64,000 nt of DNA from an uncultured Spirochaetaceae bacterium (GCA_964599075.1 CAZREG010000001.1:123017-187016), one strand, 5' to 3'. Positions 38,830-47,695 are shown, numbered from the stretch's first letter. Program-made: numbers and translations. The notes: a model not told the origin generated them from the sequence alone.

Positions 38830-40113
38830 GTGGACAGCTACAAGATAGAGGGGAGCTACCCCATCAAAGGCCGCATACGGGCAAGCGGCAACAAGAACGC
38901 CGCCCTCCCCTGCATTGCCGCCACCCTGCTGACGAACGAGACAGTCGTTCTGAGGAACATTCCTGAGATAGAAGATGTCGATGTCATGCTACAGATCCTC
39001 CAAGAGCTTGGAGCAACCGTCAAGCAACGGAAGACGAAAGGCGAATGGGAGATCACCGCCTCGGACATCCGGACGTCAGAGGTTCCAGTTGAGCTTGCGC
39101 GAAAGGTCCGCGCATCCATCCTTCTTGCCGGCCCAATGGTCGCTCGAACAGGTCAGGTGCTGCTCCCGCCCCCCGGGGGCGACGTGATCGGAAGGCGGCG
39201 GCTGGACACGCACTTTCTGGCGTTGAGCGCGCTCGGTGCACAGGTCGAGGTTGATGGCGTATTTCGCTTCAGCAGCAACAAACTTGTGGGTGTGGAGATC
39301 TTTCTCGACGAAGCGTCGGTCACGGCAACGGAGAATGCCATCATGGCTGCAGTGCTCGCCCAGGGCAAAACCGTCATTCAGAACGCGGCAAGCGAACCGC
39401 ACGTACAGGACCTCTGTCTAATGCTCAACCAGATGGGTGCAAAGATTGGCGGCATTGGTTCGAACATCCTCACCATAAACGGTGTGAAAAAGCTCTACGG
39501 AACCGAGTATAAGATTGGATCGGATTTTATGGAGGTTGGGAGCTTTATTGGACTTGCCGCAGTCACTCGAGGCGAAATTGTAATTGAAGACGCTGCGCCC
39601 CAGCACCTGAAGATGACCCGACTCGCCTTTGGAAAACTGGGCATCCACTGGGAACGAGACGGAGAAGATATTCGCATTCCCGCCGGACAGTCCCTTCGGG
39701 TGGTTCCGGACATGGGAGGCATGATCCCCAAGATAGATGACGCCCCGTGGCCCGGCTTTCCGCCTGATCTGACAAGCATCATGACGGTCGTTGCCACACA
39801 GGTGGAGGGGACCGTCCTGATTCACGAGAAGATGTTTGACGCTCGTATGTTCTTTGTTGACAAGCTGCTGACGATGGGCGCGCGGATTGTCCTCTGTGAT
39901 CCTCACCGTGCAGTCGTGACCGGTCCTTCCCGACTGAGCGGCAGCGAGCTCACCTCACCAGACGTTCGGGCAGGTATGGCGATGGTAATTGCTGCAATCT
40001 GCGCGGAAGGCACAAGCGTCATTCAGAACGTCTATCAGATCGAGCGCGGCTATGAGCACCTGGTCCCACGACTCAAAGCTCTGGGTGTGCAGATAGAGCG
40101 GCGCAAGGACTAA
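38830..40113 (+). CDS. murA: UDP-N-acetylglucosamine 1-carboxyvinyltransferase
   Basis: 427 aa, GTG start. [23 protein letters not shown] (Asp at the site where fosfomycin-sensitive MurA has Cys, by eye), IERGYE. Confidence 0.93.
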   Translation: MDSYKIEGSYPIKGRIRASGNKNAALPCIAATLLTNETVVLRNIPEIEDVDVMLQILQELGATVKQRKTKGEWEITASDIRTSEVPVELARKVRASILLAGPMVARTGQVLLPPPGGDVIGRRRLDTHFLALSALGAQVEVDGVFRFSSNKLVGVEIFLDEASVTATENAIMAAVLAQGKTVIQNAASEPHVQDLCLMLNQMGAKIGGIGSNILTINGVKKLYGTEYKIGSDFMEVGSFIGLAAVTRGEIVIEDAAPQHLKMTRLAFGKLGIHWERDGEDIRIPAGQSLRVVPDMGGMIPKIDDAPWPGFPPDLTSIMTVVATQVEGTVLIHEKMFDARMFFVDKLLTMGARIVLCDPHRAVVTGPSRLSGSELTSPDVRAGMAMVIAAICAEGTSVIQNVYQIERGYEHLVPRLKALGVQIERRKD

Positions 40114-40862
40114 GACGGTTCGGACCCGGAAATCTGGCGCATAAGGTTCTCGTAGGCAGACCGAATGCGCACGAATGCCTCTGTGCTCGCCTGCTGCTGT
40201 TCTTCAGAGAGAGCAGTCACCGTATCAGGATGGAACTGGGCGGCAAGTCGCCTGTAGGAATGGCGAACGGTCTCTGCATCTGCGTCGGTTCCCACCCCAA
40301 GGACCGCACACGACTGCGGGTCAAGGAAAGCGCGGGCAGGCAGTTCGCGCTCTATGAATCCGGGCTCAATCCGCGCGAGCGCCGCAAGTGTAGCGAGCCG
40401 TTCAAACGCAACGCGAGGTGCCTGCTCGTCCCGAAGCGTCTTCCAGACGATGAGCGTCACCCGCCGGCGTTCTTCAAGCGGCTGTTGCTCTACGCGTCGG
40501 GCCGCGTCATGGACCCCAGCGGCAGCGCCGGCGGCCACAGCGATAGCACGCTCACAGAGGCGCGCCGCGAACCGGTCCGGGCGCTGATCGGCGAGTCGTT
40601 GCTCCAGGGCTGCAATCACGCGGGAGGTGACCGTCGAGGCCGGGGCGACCGCGCCGGTCACCAGGCCGGAAAGCGGGAGCAGCGCAGAGAGCCATTCCGG
40701 CCGCTGGCCGGTCTCAATAAATCGCCGGGTCTCTCTCTGAACCCGCAGGTCGGCGGCTACCAGATCAACCAGAAAACCGATAGCGATCCCGAATCCCGCG
40801 CCCAGGGGCCCGCCGGTGAGGCCGATCAGCGCTCCGGCCAGCGTTGACCAGAAGCTTCTCAT
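40110..40862 (-). CDS. membrane-anchored J-domain co-chaperone (DjlA-like layout)
   Basis: 250 aa. N-terminal TM/glycine-rich segment and a C-terminal J domain with HPD ([27 protein letters not shown]). 4-nt overlap with the upstream gene. Confidence 0.75.
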   Translation of the reverse strand: MRSFWSTLAGALIGLTGGPLGAGFGIAIGFLVDLVAADLRVQRETRRFIETGQRPEWLSALLPLSGLVTGAVAPASTVTSRVIAALEQRLADQRPDRFAARLCERAIAVAAGAAAGVHDAARRVEQQPLEERRRVTLIVWKTLRDEQAPRVAFERLATLAALARIEPGFIERELPARAFLDPQSCAVLGVGTDADAETVRHSYRRLAAQFHPDTVTALSEEQQQASTEAFVRIRSAYENLMRQISGSEPS

Positions 40863-42553
40863 CTGCGGGCGGCGAGCGCGAGGTAGAAGAGGACAAACAG
40901 AAGAATGCCTGCCTGCACCACAATCAGGAGGACAATCGCAAGAGAGAACCCGGCCGACAGCAGCACCGCCGAGAGCACAACGCGCTCACCGTAGAGTATC
41001 AACTGGTGCAGCGGCACAAGGACGAGCGGAAGTACCGGTACGACTGCAAGAGTGAGAAGCGGTGGCATGTGAAGATACTTGCTGCGAAAGCGCCAGCCGA
41101 GCCCGACACAGAAGAGCGAGAGAACAACAAACGTGACCGGAGAGAGCAGGCGCTGAAACAGTTCAACCTGCAGGGGCGTCGTCAGTATCCCGTAGCGGTC
41201 AAGCAGCTCACTCCCCTGCAAGAGACCGGTCAGACTTGCAGACTCCGGATTACGGGAGAGGTCGGCAATAGTGGACAGCTCAGCTGCTGCGGGCGAGAGC
41301 TCAAGAAGACCCGGGTTCTGCCGCGTTGCCGAGCCTACGCTGATCACCGGGTCTATGATCTGCCCGCCGGCTCCACGGTCGAGAATGGTGAATACAAAGT
41401 GACCGTCGATGAATCGGGCATAGTTGCTGCGCACCCGATACGTCGGGCGCCCACTGTTGGTGAACTCGATCGCCTCGACCTGCTGAGCGAATATTCCGGA
41501 CGGCGTCTCCACAAGTTTGCCGATGGAGACCAGCTCCGTGCGATCGGCAGTTCTCCGGTTCACAAAAACGATATCGAGAACACCGGGAAGCGAGAGTGCC
41601 TGCTCGACCTCATCCCGAAAGACCGCCTGAGCCTCCACCTGCTCCTGAGCGATCTGAAGGTAGCGACGCACGTCGGTGTCCCGAGGATACTCCTCTTCAA
41701 GGCCGGCGAGCAGATAGTATGCCTGTATAGGTTCGTCACGAGTCAGCAGACCCTTCGCGCGCTGCTTCTGACGAAAGAGATCGAGTTCCCGCCCCTCCTC
41801 AAAATTGAGCTCCAGCTGCTCGAGTCGGTCAAGCGATTCGGCTGCAATACGGGCAGCCGAATCGCTGGTAGGAGCGAGCGAACGCGCAAGCGTGGCCATG
41901 TAGTGCGCGGTTGAGTAGTCCTCCCGCTGCAGGGCCGCCTGCGCACGATCAAGGAGTGAATCCACCGTGGCGTCCTGTGGGATACCACCACGCGAGCCGT
42001 CGACCTCGGCTCCTGCCTCCCGGCGGAACTCGAGCCGGTTGAGCACCCGCTGCAGCTGCGCCTGGACGTCGGGGTCTTCGCCAACCAGAGAGAGATACTG
42101 GCTAAGTTCGATCTCCGCAGTCTGATAGTCCTGATTGATCTCCGCTTCGTTTGCAGACTCGTAGAGGGTCTGCGCCAGAGCACTCGTATACTCCACCTCC
42201 TCTACGCGCGAGACCGCTCTTGGATGCCAGACGAGAAACACAACCGCAAACAACAGACCGGTGACAAGCACCACCACTATCGAACCGGTGAACAGCGTAA
42301 AGCTTACCGCCCCAGTATCAGTCCGGGCCATGGGAATCGCCCAGGCATAGGTCAGCAGAACCGCCCAGGCCTGCGCAACCGGCAGCAGACGGATAAAATC
42401 ACTCCAGGTTCGAGCAAAGACCCAGTCCCAGAAAAAGACAGAGAGCGTGCGCTCGAGCGAAAAGCTCAGCACAGAGACCAGTAAGAGCGTGAGAAAACCG
42501 ACCACGTAGCATATCACTGAGCTTGCGATCAGCTTTCGGGCAGCGTCGTTCAT
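40859..42553 (-). CDS. polytopic membrane protein with a TPR-like soluble insert (weak LptF/LptG-like topology)
   Basis: Start at ATG 42553, forming an ATGA overlap with the upstream gene. N-terminal TM cluster, ~300-aa hydrophilic region with TPR-like helices plus a beta-rich part, then 3 C-terminal TM helices. The family call is tentative. Confidence 0.6.
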   Translation of the reverse strand: MNDAARKLIASSVICYVVGFLTLLLVSVLSFSLERTLSVFFWDWVFARTWSDFIRLLPVAQAWAVLLTYAWAIPMARTDTGAVSFTLFTGSIVVVLVTGLLFAVVFLVWHPRAVSRVEEVEYTSALAQTLYESANEAEINQDYQTAEIELSQYLSLVGEDPDVQAQLQRVLNRLEFRREAGAEVDGSRGGIPQDATVDSLLDRAQAALQREDYSTAHYMATLARSLAPTSDSAARIAAESLDRLEQLELNFEEGRELDLFRQKQRAKGLLTRDEPIQAYYLLAGLEEEYPRDTDVRRYLQIAQEQVEAQAVFRDEVEQALSLPGVLDIVFVNRRTADRTELVSIGKLVETPSGIFAQQVEAIEFTNSGRPTYRVRSNYARFIDGHFVFTILDRGAGGQIIDPVISVGSATRQNPGLLELSPAAAELSTIADLSRNPESASLTGLLQGSELLDRYGILTTPLQVELFQRLLSPVTFVVLSLFCVGLGWRFRSKYLHMPPLLTLAVVPVLPLVLVPLHQLILYGERVVLSAVLLSAGFSLAIVLLIVVQAGILLFVLFYLALAARR

Positions 42554-43515
42554 CCGGCGATCTCCCGCTTGAAGCTCTCCAGCGGTGAGAGAAGAGCCGC
42601 AGTGAAGAAAAGTGCAAGGCCAAGTCCGCCGAGCAGGCCCGCACTCACGTACGGGAGCGCCAGAGAGCTTGTGGCAGCGATCACGAGTGGCCGGAGAGCT
42701 CCCCGGTTCACCGCCGGGATGATCCAGAGCGCAAACCGCAACGCAAGCAGCACTCCCACAAGGTTGAAGAGAGGCCAGCGGGTCAGACGCACCAGAGTCC
42801 AGCAACCAAGCAGGAAGAGAGAAAGACCGGCAAGATGCATCAAACCGGTTACCCCTTGCAGGAGACCCAGATACTCTGCACTCGCCTCACTATCGCTGGC
42901 CAGCCCGAGGATAGCCCCCGGCGGGTCGACGGCAGCAGAGTAGGTATTGCTAAGCTGAGCAAGAGGAAACTGCCTATCCCCAACCGTGAACACTGATTGC
43001 GCCGGGTCAATGCGTCCGGAATCAACGACAAGATAGCCGTCAGTGTCGTGGACCACAACCGGCTCAAAAGCGTCCCCGGAGACGTTTCCAACGTAGAGAG
43101 CGATCGTTCCGTAGCGAATGATGCGGCCAGAGGGCACAGAGGGAACCGGGGTCGCTTGCTCGAGGGGCTGAAGCTCAAGCAGCAGACTACCGCCGGCCAG
43201 TGCGCCACTCCAGGCAAGGAAGAGGAGCGGGAGCGCGATTTTAGGATTCACGCTCTCACGAATCAGGTCGAACAAAGATATGACCGATCCAACGAGTACC
43301 GCCGGAATCAGTAACCGTCCGACACCCGAAAGGAAGCTCACCAGGAGTACTCCGGAGCGAGCCTGACCCTCTTCGTAGCCCACCACGAACCGATACGCTA
43401 CAATAAAGAGGCTGCCTGCAATAAGGAGCAGAAGTGTCCAGAGAAGGAACCTCACCAGGAGTCGAAGGGCAGCACTCACCGGCAGAATCGTAGCATGGGC
43501 ACGTGACGAGTGCAA
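42550..43515 (-). CDS. polytopic membrane protein (weak LptF/LptG-like topology)
   Basis: 321 aa. TM cluster, ~100-aa beta-rich loop (IIRYGTIALYVGNVSGDAFEPVVVHDTDGYLVVD), then a TM cluster. The family call is tentative. Confidence 0.55.
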   Translation of the reverse strand: MHSSRAHATILPVSAALRLLVRFLLWTLLLLIAGSLFIVAYRFVVGYEEGQARSGVLLVSFLSGVGRLLIPAVLVGSVISLFDLIRESVNPKIALPLLFLAWSGALAGGSLLLELQPLEQATPVPSVPSGRIIRYGTIALYVGNVSGDAFEPVVVHDTDGYLVVDSGRIDPAQSVFTVGDRQFPLAQLSNTYSAAVDPPGAILGLASDSEASAEYLGLLQGVTGLMHLAGLSLFLLGCWTLVRLTRWPLFNLVGVLLALRFALWIIPAVNRGALRPLVIAATSSLALPYVSAGLLGGLGLALFFTAALLSPLESFKREIAG

Positions 43516-43549
43516 TATTGGTCATTTCAGGTGAATAGGATAGACGGAA

Positions 43550-44113
43550 GTGGGTAGTACAACAGAGGAGCCGGAGCGCTCGCTGATCCGGCGTGCCCGG
43601 CAGGGCAATCGGGACGCGTTCGCGCTGATCGTACGACTCTACTACCAGCGAGTGTACCGGGTCGCCGTCCGCTTTGTTCGAAACGATGACGACGCCGCTG
43701 AGCTGACCCAGGAGACGTTTATCAGAGCCATGCGATCACTACACAGGTTCGATGGCGAGCGAGCGCTTTTCCCGTGGCTCTACCAGATAGTCCGGAACCT
43801 CAGCCTGAACAGGATCGCGCGCGTTCGGAACCGGGAGAGCGGGCTTCCCGACTACGATCTTGAAGACCGACGGATCCCCGGTCCTGAACAGATGGCCATA
43901 CGAGATGAGGACGGCCGAGCGGTTCAGGCCGCTATCCTGCGCCTTTCCGGGCAGGCTCAGGAGATTATCCGCCTTGCCCATTACGAGGAATGTTCGTACC
44001 AGGAGATGGCCGAAATACTCGACATACCGGTAGGAACCGTGATGTCCCGGCTTTACAATGCCAGAAAGAAGCTGCGAGAGATACTCGCAGCGGAGGACGA
44101 AGATCATGAGTGA
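43550..44113 (+). CDS. ECF (group IV sigma-70) RNA polymerase sigma factor
   Basis: 187 aa, GTG start. Region 2 (DAAELTQETFIRA, FRPWLYQIVRN-like FPWLYQIVRNL) and region 4 (SYQEMAEILDIPVGTVMSRLYNARKKL). Confidence 0.85.
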   Translation: MGSTTEEPERSLIRRARQGNRDAFALIVRLYYQRVYRVAVRFVRNDDDAAELTQETFIRAMRSLHRFDGERALFPWLYQIVRNLSLNRIARVRNRESGLPDYDLEDRRIPGPEQMAIRDEDGRAVQAAILRLSGQAQEIIRLAHYEECSYQEMAEILDIPVGTVMSRLYNARKKLREILAAEDEDHE

Positions 44114-44552
44114 TCGACATATCCCTGATGATATAAAACTGCGGATCCAGGCGCTCGTTGACAACGAGCTTCCCGCTTCAGAGATACGGCCGACTCTCGA
44201 GCTCATTCGAGCAGATACCGAGCTGCAGGACGAGTACGTGGAGCTTCTGAGAATCAAGCGGAGAATCGGTCCCGGGCCGGCCACCAGGATTCCTGAAGCG
44301 TGGGTGGAACAGGCGGAGAAAAGTATTCGTCGGCGAAGCGGACGAATAGTTGGGATTATCCTGCTTGTCGGCAGCTATGTGCTCCTTCTCGGCTACGCGC
44401 TGTTCACCTTGTTCAGTCGTCCGGGGACTCCGCTCATCGTGGCGATCCTCATCTCCTCCTCGGTGCTCGGATTCCTGTTCCTGCTGTTCAATGCCATTGC
44501 CGACCGGATGCGTGAGCGGCGCGATGATCGTTACAGAGAGGTAATGCGATGA
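44106..44552 (+). CDS. putative anti-sigma factor, two TM helices, no zinc motif
   Basis: Start at ATG 44106 (8-nt overlap with the sigma gene). N-terminal IQALVDNELPASE anti-sigma-like helix. Two adjacent TM helices joined by a very short loop (SRPGTP). Confidence 0.6.
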   Translation: MSDRHIPDDIKLRIQALVDNELPASEIRPTLELIRADTELQDEYVELLRIKRRIGPGPATRIPEAWVEQAEKSIRRRSGRIVGIILLVGSYVLLLGYALFTLFSRPGTPLIVAILISSSVLGFLFLLFNAIADRMRERRDDRYREVMR

Positions 44553-44872
44553 TTCAGTCAACAACGGAGACGCTTCCCGGATACGAGATCACGGAGGTGC
44601 TGGGTCTCGTCCGCGGGAACACCATTCGGGCCCGCCATCTGGGCAAAGATATCGCGGCCACGTTCAAGAACATGGCAGGTGGAGAGATCACCGACTATAC
44701 AAAGATGATGGGAGAGAGCCGGGAACAGGCGCTCGACCGGATGGTCGAAGAGGCCGAGCTGCTTGGGGCGGATGCGATCCTTGGGGTCCGATTCACGACG
44801 AGCTCCGTGATGCAGGGAGCGGCCGAGATTCTGGTCTACGGCACCGCAGTGAAAATTCGGTCAGTCGGCTGA
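44549..44872 (+). CDS. YbjQ/UPF0145-family protein
   Basis: 107 aa. TTETLPGYEI...VRGNTIRARHLGKDI...GADAILGVRF...GTAVKI. ATGA overlap with the anti-sigma gene. Confidence 0.85.
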   Translation: MIQSTTETLPGYEITEVLGLVRGNTIRARHLGKDIAATFKNMAGGEITDYTKMMGESREQALDRMVEEAELLGADAILGVRFTTSSVMQGAAEILVYGTAVKIRSVG

Positions 44873-44898
44873 CAGGCAGGACGTTTTCCGGAACTTGC

Positions 44899-44916
44899 TC
44901 ACAGTTTATCCACAAG
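44899..44916. repeat. 18-nt repeat copy 1 (TCACAGTTTATCCACAAG), contains a perfect DnaA-box 9-mer TTATCCACA (44906-44914)
   Basis: Read directly. 15/18 identical to 45122-45139. The 11-nt core TTATCCACAAG is identical. Confidence 0.9.
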
Positions 44917-45121
44917 CTGAACGAGAGCGACCATCGGGAAAATGGAGAGAGTTGGGGGCCAGCCTCTCCGTCAGCCGGGCCAAGTTTCCCGTTATTTTTC
45001 GTAAAGCTATACGGAGCATGCATTTATACGGTGTCAAGATAGTTCCGGCACTTTTATTCCACCAAATGCTCCAACCGATGCTACACTTCTGTGTAGCAGT
45101 ACAATAAGAAAACGGTTTTAT

Positions 45122-45139
45122 TCACGAGTTATCCACAAG
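45122..45139. repeat. 18-nt repeat copy 2 (TCACGAGTTATCCACAAG), contains TTATCCACA (45129-45137) and is the 3' end (LVDNS*) of the minus-strand regulator gene
   Basis: Read directly. Same orientation as copy 1, 223 bp away. Confidence 0.9.
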
Positions 45140-45808
45140 GTCTTTTTGACTCACACCAAGCATGTATCCTCGGCCGCGCAAGCTTCTGACTTCGAATGAG
45201 AGCGGGCACTCACCTGGCAAATCTGCTAAACCCCGACGCAGACGAGAGATACTCATGTCAAGGGCTCGGCTCCCTGACTGCTCCGGTGCCAGGCCGGCCA
45301 GACTGATCAGAACAGACCTGGACACCACCTGCTCATGACGCAGGACGAGCACACAAAAGAGTTGGTAGGCCGGCCCCGTCAGTTGCACGGACCAGTTCTT
45401 TTCCGGGCCGGCTACGGTACATCTGCCGTGACCCCAGGTAACAACAGCCCGACCAAAATCAAGGCGAGAGTGACCCAGAATGCGGCGGACGCGAAACCTC
45501 AGTTCCTCTTCCGTCCATGGCGCTACCAGCACGTCGTCTGCGGCGGGCGCCCCGGCATAGAATTGGAGCTGTTCAGGTTGTACAAACACAAGTAGCGGGA
45601 GCCTGCGAAACGGGTCTGGAAGGCGGTGCGCGGTATGCAGATCGGTGACAAGCAACAGGTCACCAGGACCCGGGGCCACAGCAAACTCAGGTACCGTGAG
45701 AGCAACCGACCAGCGATCTTTCAGAGCAAGGCGAACCCTCGCTGCCTCCGTCACAGAGGCAAGAACAACACGTATCGATCTCCTGGATCGCTCAGACGCT
45801 GCTCCCAT
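45122..45808 (-). CDS. OmpR/PhoB-type winged-helix regulator with an atypical receiver-like N-terminus
   Basis: 228 aa. C-terminal trans_reg_C-like region (LTGPAYQLFCVLV...RALDMSISRLRRGL...SLRGRGYML). The N-terminal domain lacks the usual DD pair, and the KP motif reads APW by eye. Confidence 0.7.
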   Translation of the reverse strand: MGAASERSRRSIRVVLASVTEAARVRLALKDRWSVALTVPEFAVAPGPGDLLLVTDLHTAHRLPDPFRRLPLLVFVQPEQLQFYAGAPAADDVLVAPWTEEELRFRVRRILGHSRLDFGRAVVTWGHGRCTVAGPEKNWSVQLTGPAYQLFCVLVLRHEQVVSRSVLISLAGLAPEQSGSRALDMSISRLRRGLADLPGECPLSFEVRSLRGRGYMLGVSQKDLVDNS

Positions 45809-45821
45809 GGGCCCCTCACAT

Positions 45822-46631
45822 TCAGCTTGAGGAATCCTCCTGAAGCTTCTTCTTCAAGGCCTCAAGTTCCTCATCCACCTCTCCGCCGCCTTCACTGGAG
45901 GCACCCGGCTGAGCCTGGCCGCTCGCAGATCCGGAGGAGTTTGCTCCGCGTTGATCCTCAATGGCAACGCGTTTCTTCAGGTCTTCGAGCATGGCTTCAG
46001 TGTTCGTGCTCCCGGCTTCCAGCTGTGCGAACTGCTCCTCGAGTGTTCCGCTGCCTGTTGAGGCCTCAATCTCCAGCATGGCGTCGTTTTCGGCCTCCAG
46101 CTGATCCATCCGCTGGGACATCTGCTCGAACGCCTCGAACGCTGAGGTGTCGTTCATCCCGCCGATGGTCTCGTTTATACGCTTCTGGGCCTCAGCGCGT
46201 TTGGCCCGTGCGACAAGGAGATTCTTCTTCCGCTGAGCCTCTTCAATCTTGCTCTGCAGTCCCCGGAGCGCGCTTTTCAGTTTCTCGACGGATTCGTGCT
46301 GCGCTTCCCACTGCTCTTTATACTCGGTCGCGGTTTTGTCGAACTCCTGCTTACGAAGCAGTGCTTCTTTGGCCAGATCGTCCTTGCCCGCGCGCACGGC
46401 GAGCATCGCCTTTCGCTCCCACTCCTGCGACGCGGCGAGATTCTCTTTTACCTGACGCTCGATCTTTTTCTCATCTGCAATGGCAGCTGCCACGCTCTTC
46501 TTGGACTCTATCAGTTGCTGATTCATGTCCACGATAAGCTGGTTCAGCATCTTCTCAGGATTCTCCGCCTTGCTGATCATATCGTTGAGATTCGATTTCA
46601 CGACTCGTCTGAATCGGTCAAAAATACCCAC
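45822..46631 (-). CDS. pspA: PspA/IM30-family protein with an extended C-terminal tail
   Basis: 269 aa. MGIFDRFRRVVKSNLNDMISKAENPEKMLNQLIVDM is the canonical PspA N-terminus, followed by long coiled coils and an extra ~40-aa Gly/Ser-rich tail ending in VDEELEALKKKLQE. Confidence 0.9.
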   Translation of the reverse strand: MGIFDRFRRVVKSNLNDMISKAENPEKMLNQLIVDMNQQLIESKKSVAAAIADEKKIERQVKENLAASQEWERKAMLAVRAGKDDLAKEALLRKQEFDKTATEYKEQWEAQHESVEKLKSALRGLQSKIEEAQRKKNLLVARAKRAEAQKRINETIGGMNDTSAFEAFEQMSQRMDQLEAENDAMLEIEASTGSGTLEEQFAQLEAGSTNTEAMLEDLKKRVAIEDQRGANSSGSASGQAQPGASSEGGGEVDEELEALKKKLQEDSSS

Positions 46632-46641
46632 AGTCGCCTCC

Positions 46642-47034
46642 TTATGTGGCTGTTCGGTACTTGGCCAGGCGCGAGAAGTGCTGAGCCAGGGCCAGGCCGG
46701 TTGAATCCAGGGACGCCTGGAACTCCTCCATATCCATCGTGGGCAGTTCCAGTGTATCTATCAAAATAACGTCCTGATCCTCGAGCGCGTATGCTCCATG
46801 AACCATTTCCGCATTCAGTTCGAGCAGCTCCATAAAGAACGACTCCCGGTCTTGCTCAGGGATGCGCATCACCTTCGCGCGCAGGGTGACAAGATCATCA
46901 TCCACGTAAACGATCACAGCCTTGAGACCGTTTTCTTCCTGGGAGATGAGCCACATGTTCTCTCCAACTTCTTCATACTGCACGTCAAGATTGATGAAGA
47001 ATCCCTCGATCTTCTCCTTCGCCGGCGTACTCAT
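46642..47034 (-). CDS. YbjN-like (type III secretion chaperone-like fold) protein
   Basis: 130 aa, GGAAGGAGG SD. Pattern MWLISQEENGLKAVIVYVDDDLVTLRAKV...FFMELLELNAEMVHGAYALE is typical of the YbjN family by eye. Confidence 0.65.
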   Translation of the reverse strand: MSTPAKEKIEGFFINLDVQYEEVGENMWLISQEENGLKAVIVYVDDDLVTLRAKVMRIPEQDRESFFMELLELNAEMVHGAYALEDQDVILIDTLELPTMDMEEFQASLDSTGLALAQHFSRLAKYRTAT

Positions 47035-47063
47035 GCCACCTCCTTCCGGTCTGGCGTATTGAG

Positions 47064-47072
47064 AGTATAACA
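47064..47072 (-). promoter_or_regulatory. putative extended -10 promoter element (TGTTATACT) upstream of the YbjN-like/pspA genes
   Basis: Minus-strand TGnTATACT about 30 nt upstream of ATG 47034. No good -35. Confidence 0.3.
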
Positions 47073-47101
47073 GATATTTCTGAGGAAATTGTTACCGAAG
47101 A

Positions 47102-47653
47102 TCAGCCGAGGAAAACTTGTCCGGCCGTATCGATCGCAAGCACCGTTTTGCACTCTGAACAGCGGAATCGCCCCGCCTTCTGTGCCTTTAATTTCTTGCT
47201 GCAGATAGGACACTTGAAGATCTTTGGGAACACATCGGACTTTTGAGTGGCTCCACCCTTGGAGAAGAACTCTGCCGCCTCTTCAAGATTGTCCTTGATA
47301 GTGAAGAACTGGGAGAAACCGAGAAGCTGGAAAACCTCGTAGACCTTCGGCTGGATCTCGAGCAGGACAAGATCACCACCGCGGGGACGTACGAGCTTCA
47401 GGAATGCAGTGAAGGAGCCAATGCCGGTACTGGAAACGTAGGTCAATCCGGCGCAGTGAACGATGAGCCGCGTGAAACCTGCTTCAATCGCAAGGTTCAC
47501 TCGCTTCTGGAACGAGTTCGAGTTGTACGTATCTATGTAACCGGTGAGAAAGAGAACTAGTCCGCCCTCTACGTTGTCAAGCTTCTGAAGCTTGATCTTG
47601 AGGCTGTCGTCTTTCTCGTCGTCAAAGCCAGGTACAATGTCGTTATTTGCCAT
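47102..47653 (-). CDS. STAS-domain protein (anti-sigma-factor-antagonist type) with a C-terminal zinc ribbon
   Basis: Start at ATG 47653 (AAGGGA SD). STAS core with the serine motif YVSSTGIGSF. C-terminus FKCPICSKKLKAQKAGRFRCSECKTVL (CxxC...CxxC). Confidence 0.75.
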   Translation of the reverse strand: MANNDIVPGFDDEKDDSLKIKLQKLDNVEGGLVLFLTGYIDTYNSNSFQKRVNLAIEAGFTRLIVHCAGLTYVSSTGIGSFTAFLKLVRPRGGDLVLLEIQPKVYEVFQLLGFSQFFTIKDNLEEAAEFFSKGGATQKSDVFPKIFKCPICSKKLKAQKAGRFRCSECKTVLAIDTAGQVFLG

Positions 47654-47695
47654 GCTTTCCCTTCGTTTACCGCTTCCCCGCAAACGATAAATAGA

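Noticed and set aside
40844-41914. 356-aa ORF antisense to the TPR-insert membrane protein gene
   Set aside because: Shadow ORF. It is highly basic and low-complexity, while the opposite strand has a consistent TM/TPR architecture and ATGA coupling to its neighbours.
44895-45107. 70-aa (+) and 76-aa (-) ORFs in the AT-rich convergent spacer
   Set aside because: They have no SD or promoter context, odd composition and no family signal. The spacer is better treated as non-coding (see the finding on the repeat-bracketed spacer).
44906-45137. Reading the two perfect DnaA boxes plus the AT-rich DNA as the chromosomal origin (oriC)
   Set aside because: There are only two boxes, no dnaA/dnaN/gidA-type neighbours, and no 13-mer-like DUE repeats that I can see. 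One box is inside a coding sequence. It is kept only as a lower-probability alternative in the finding.
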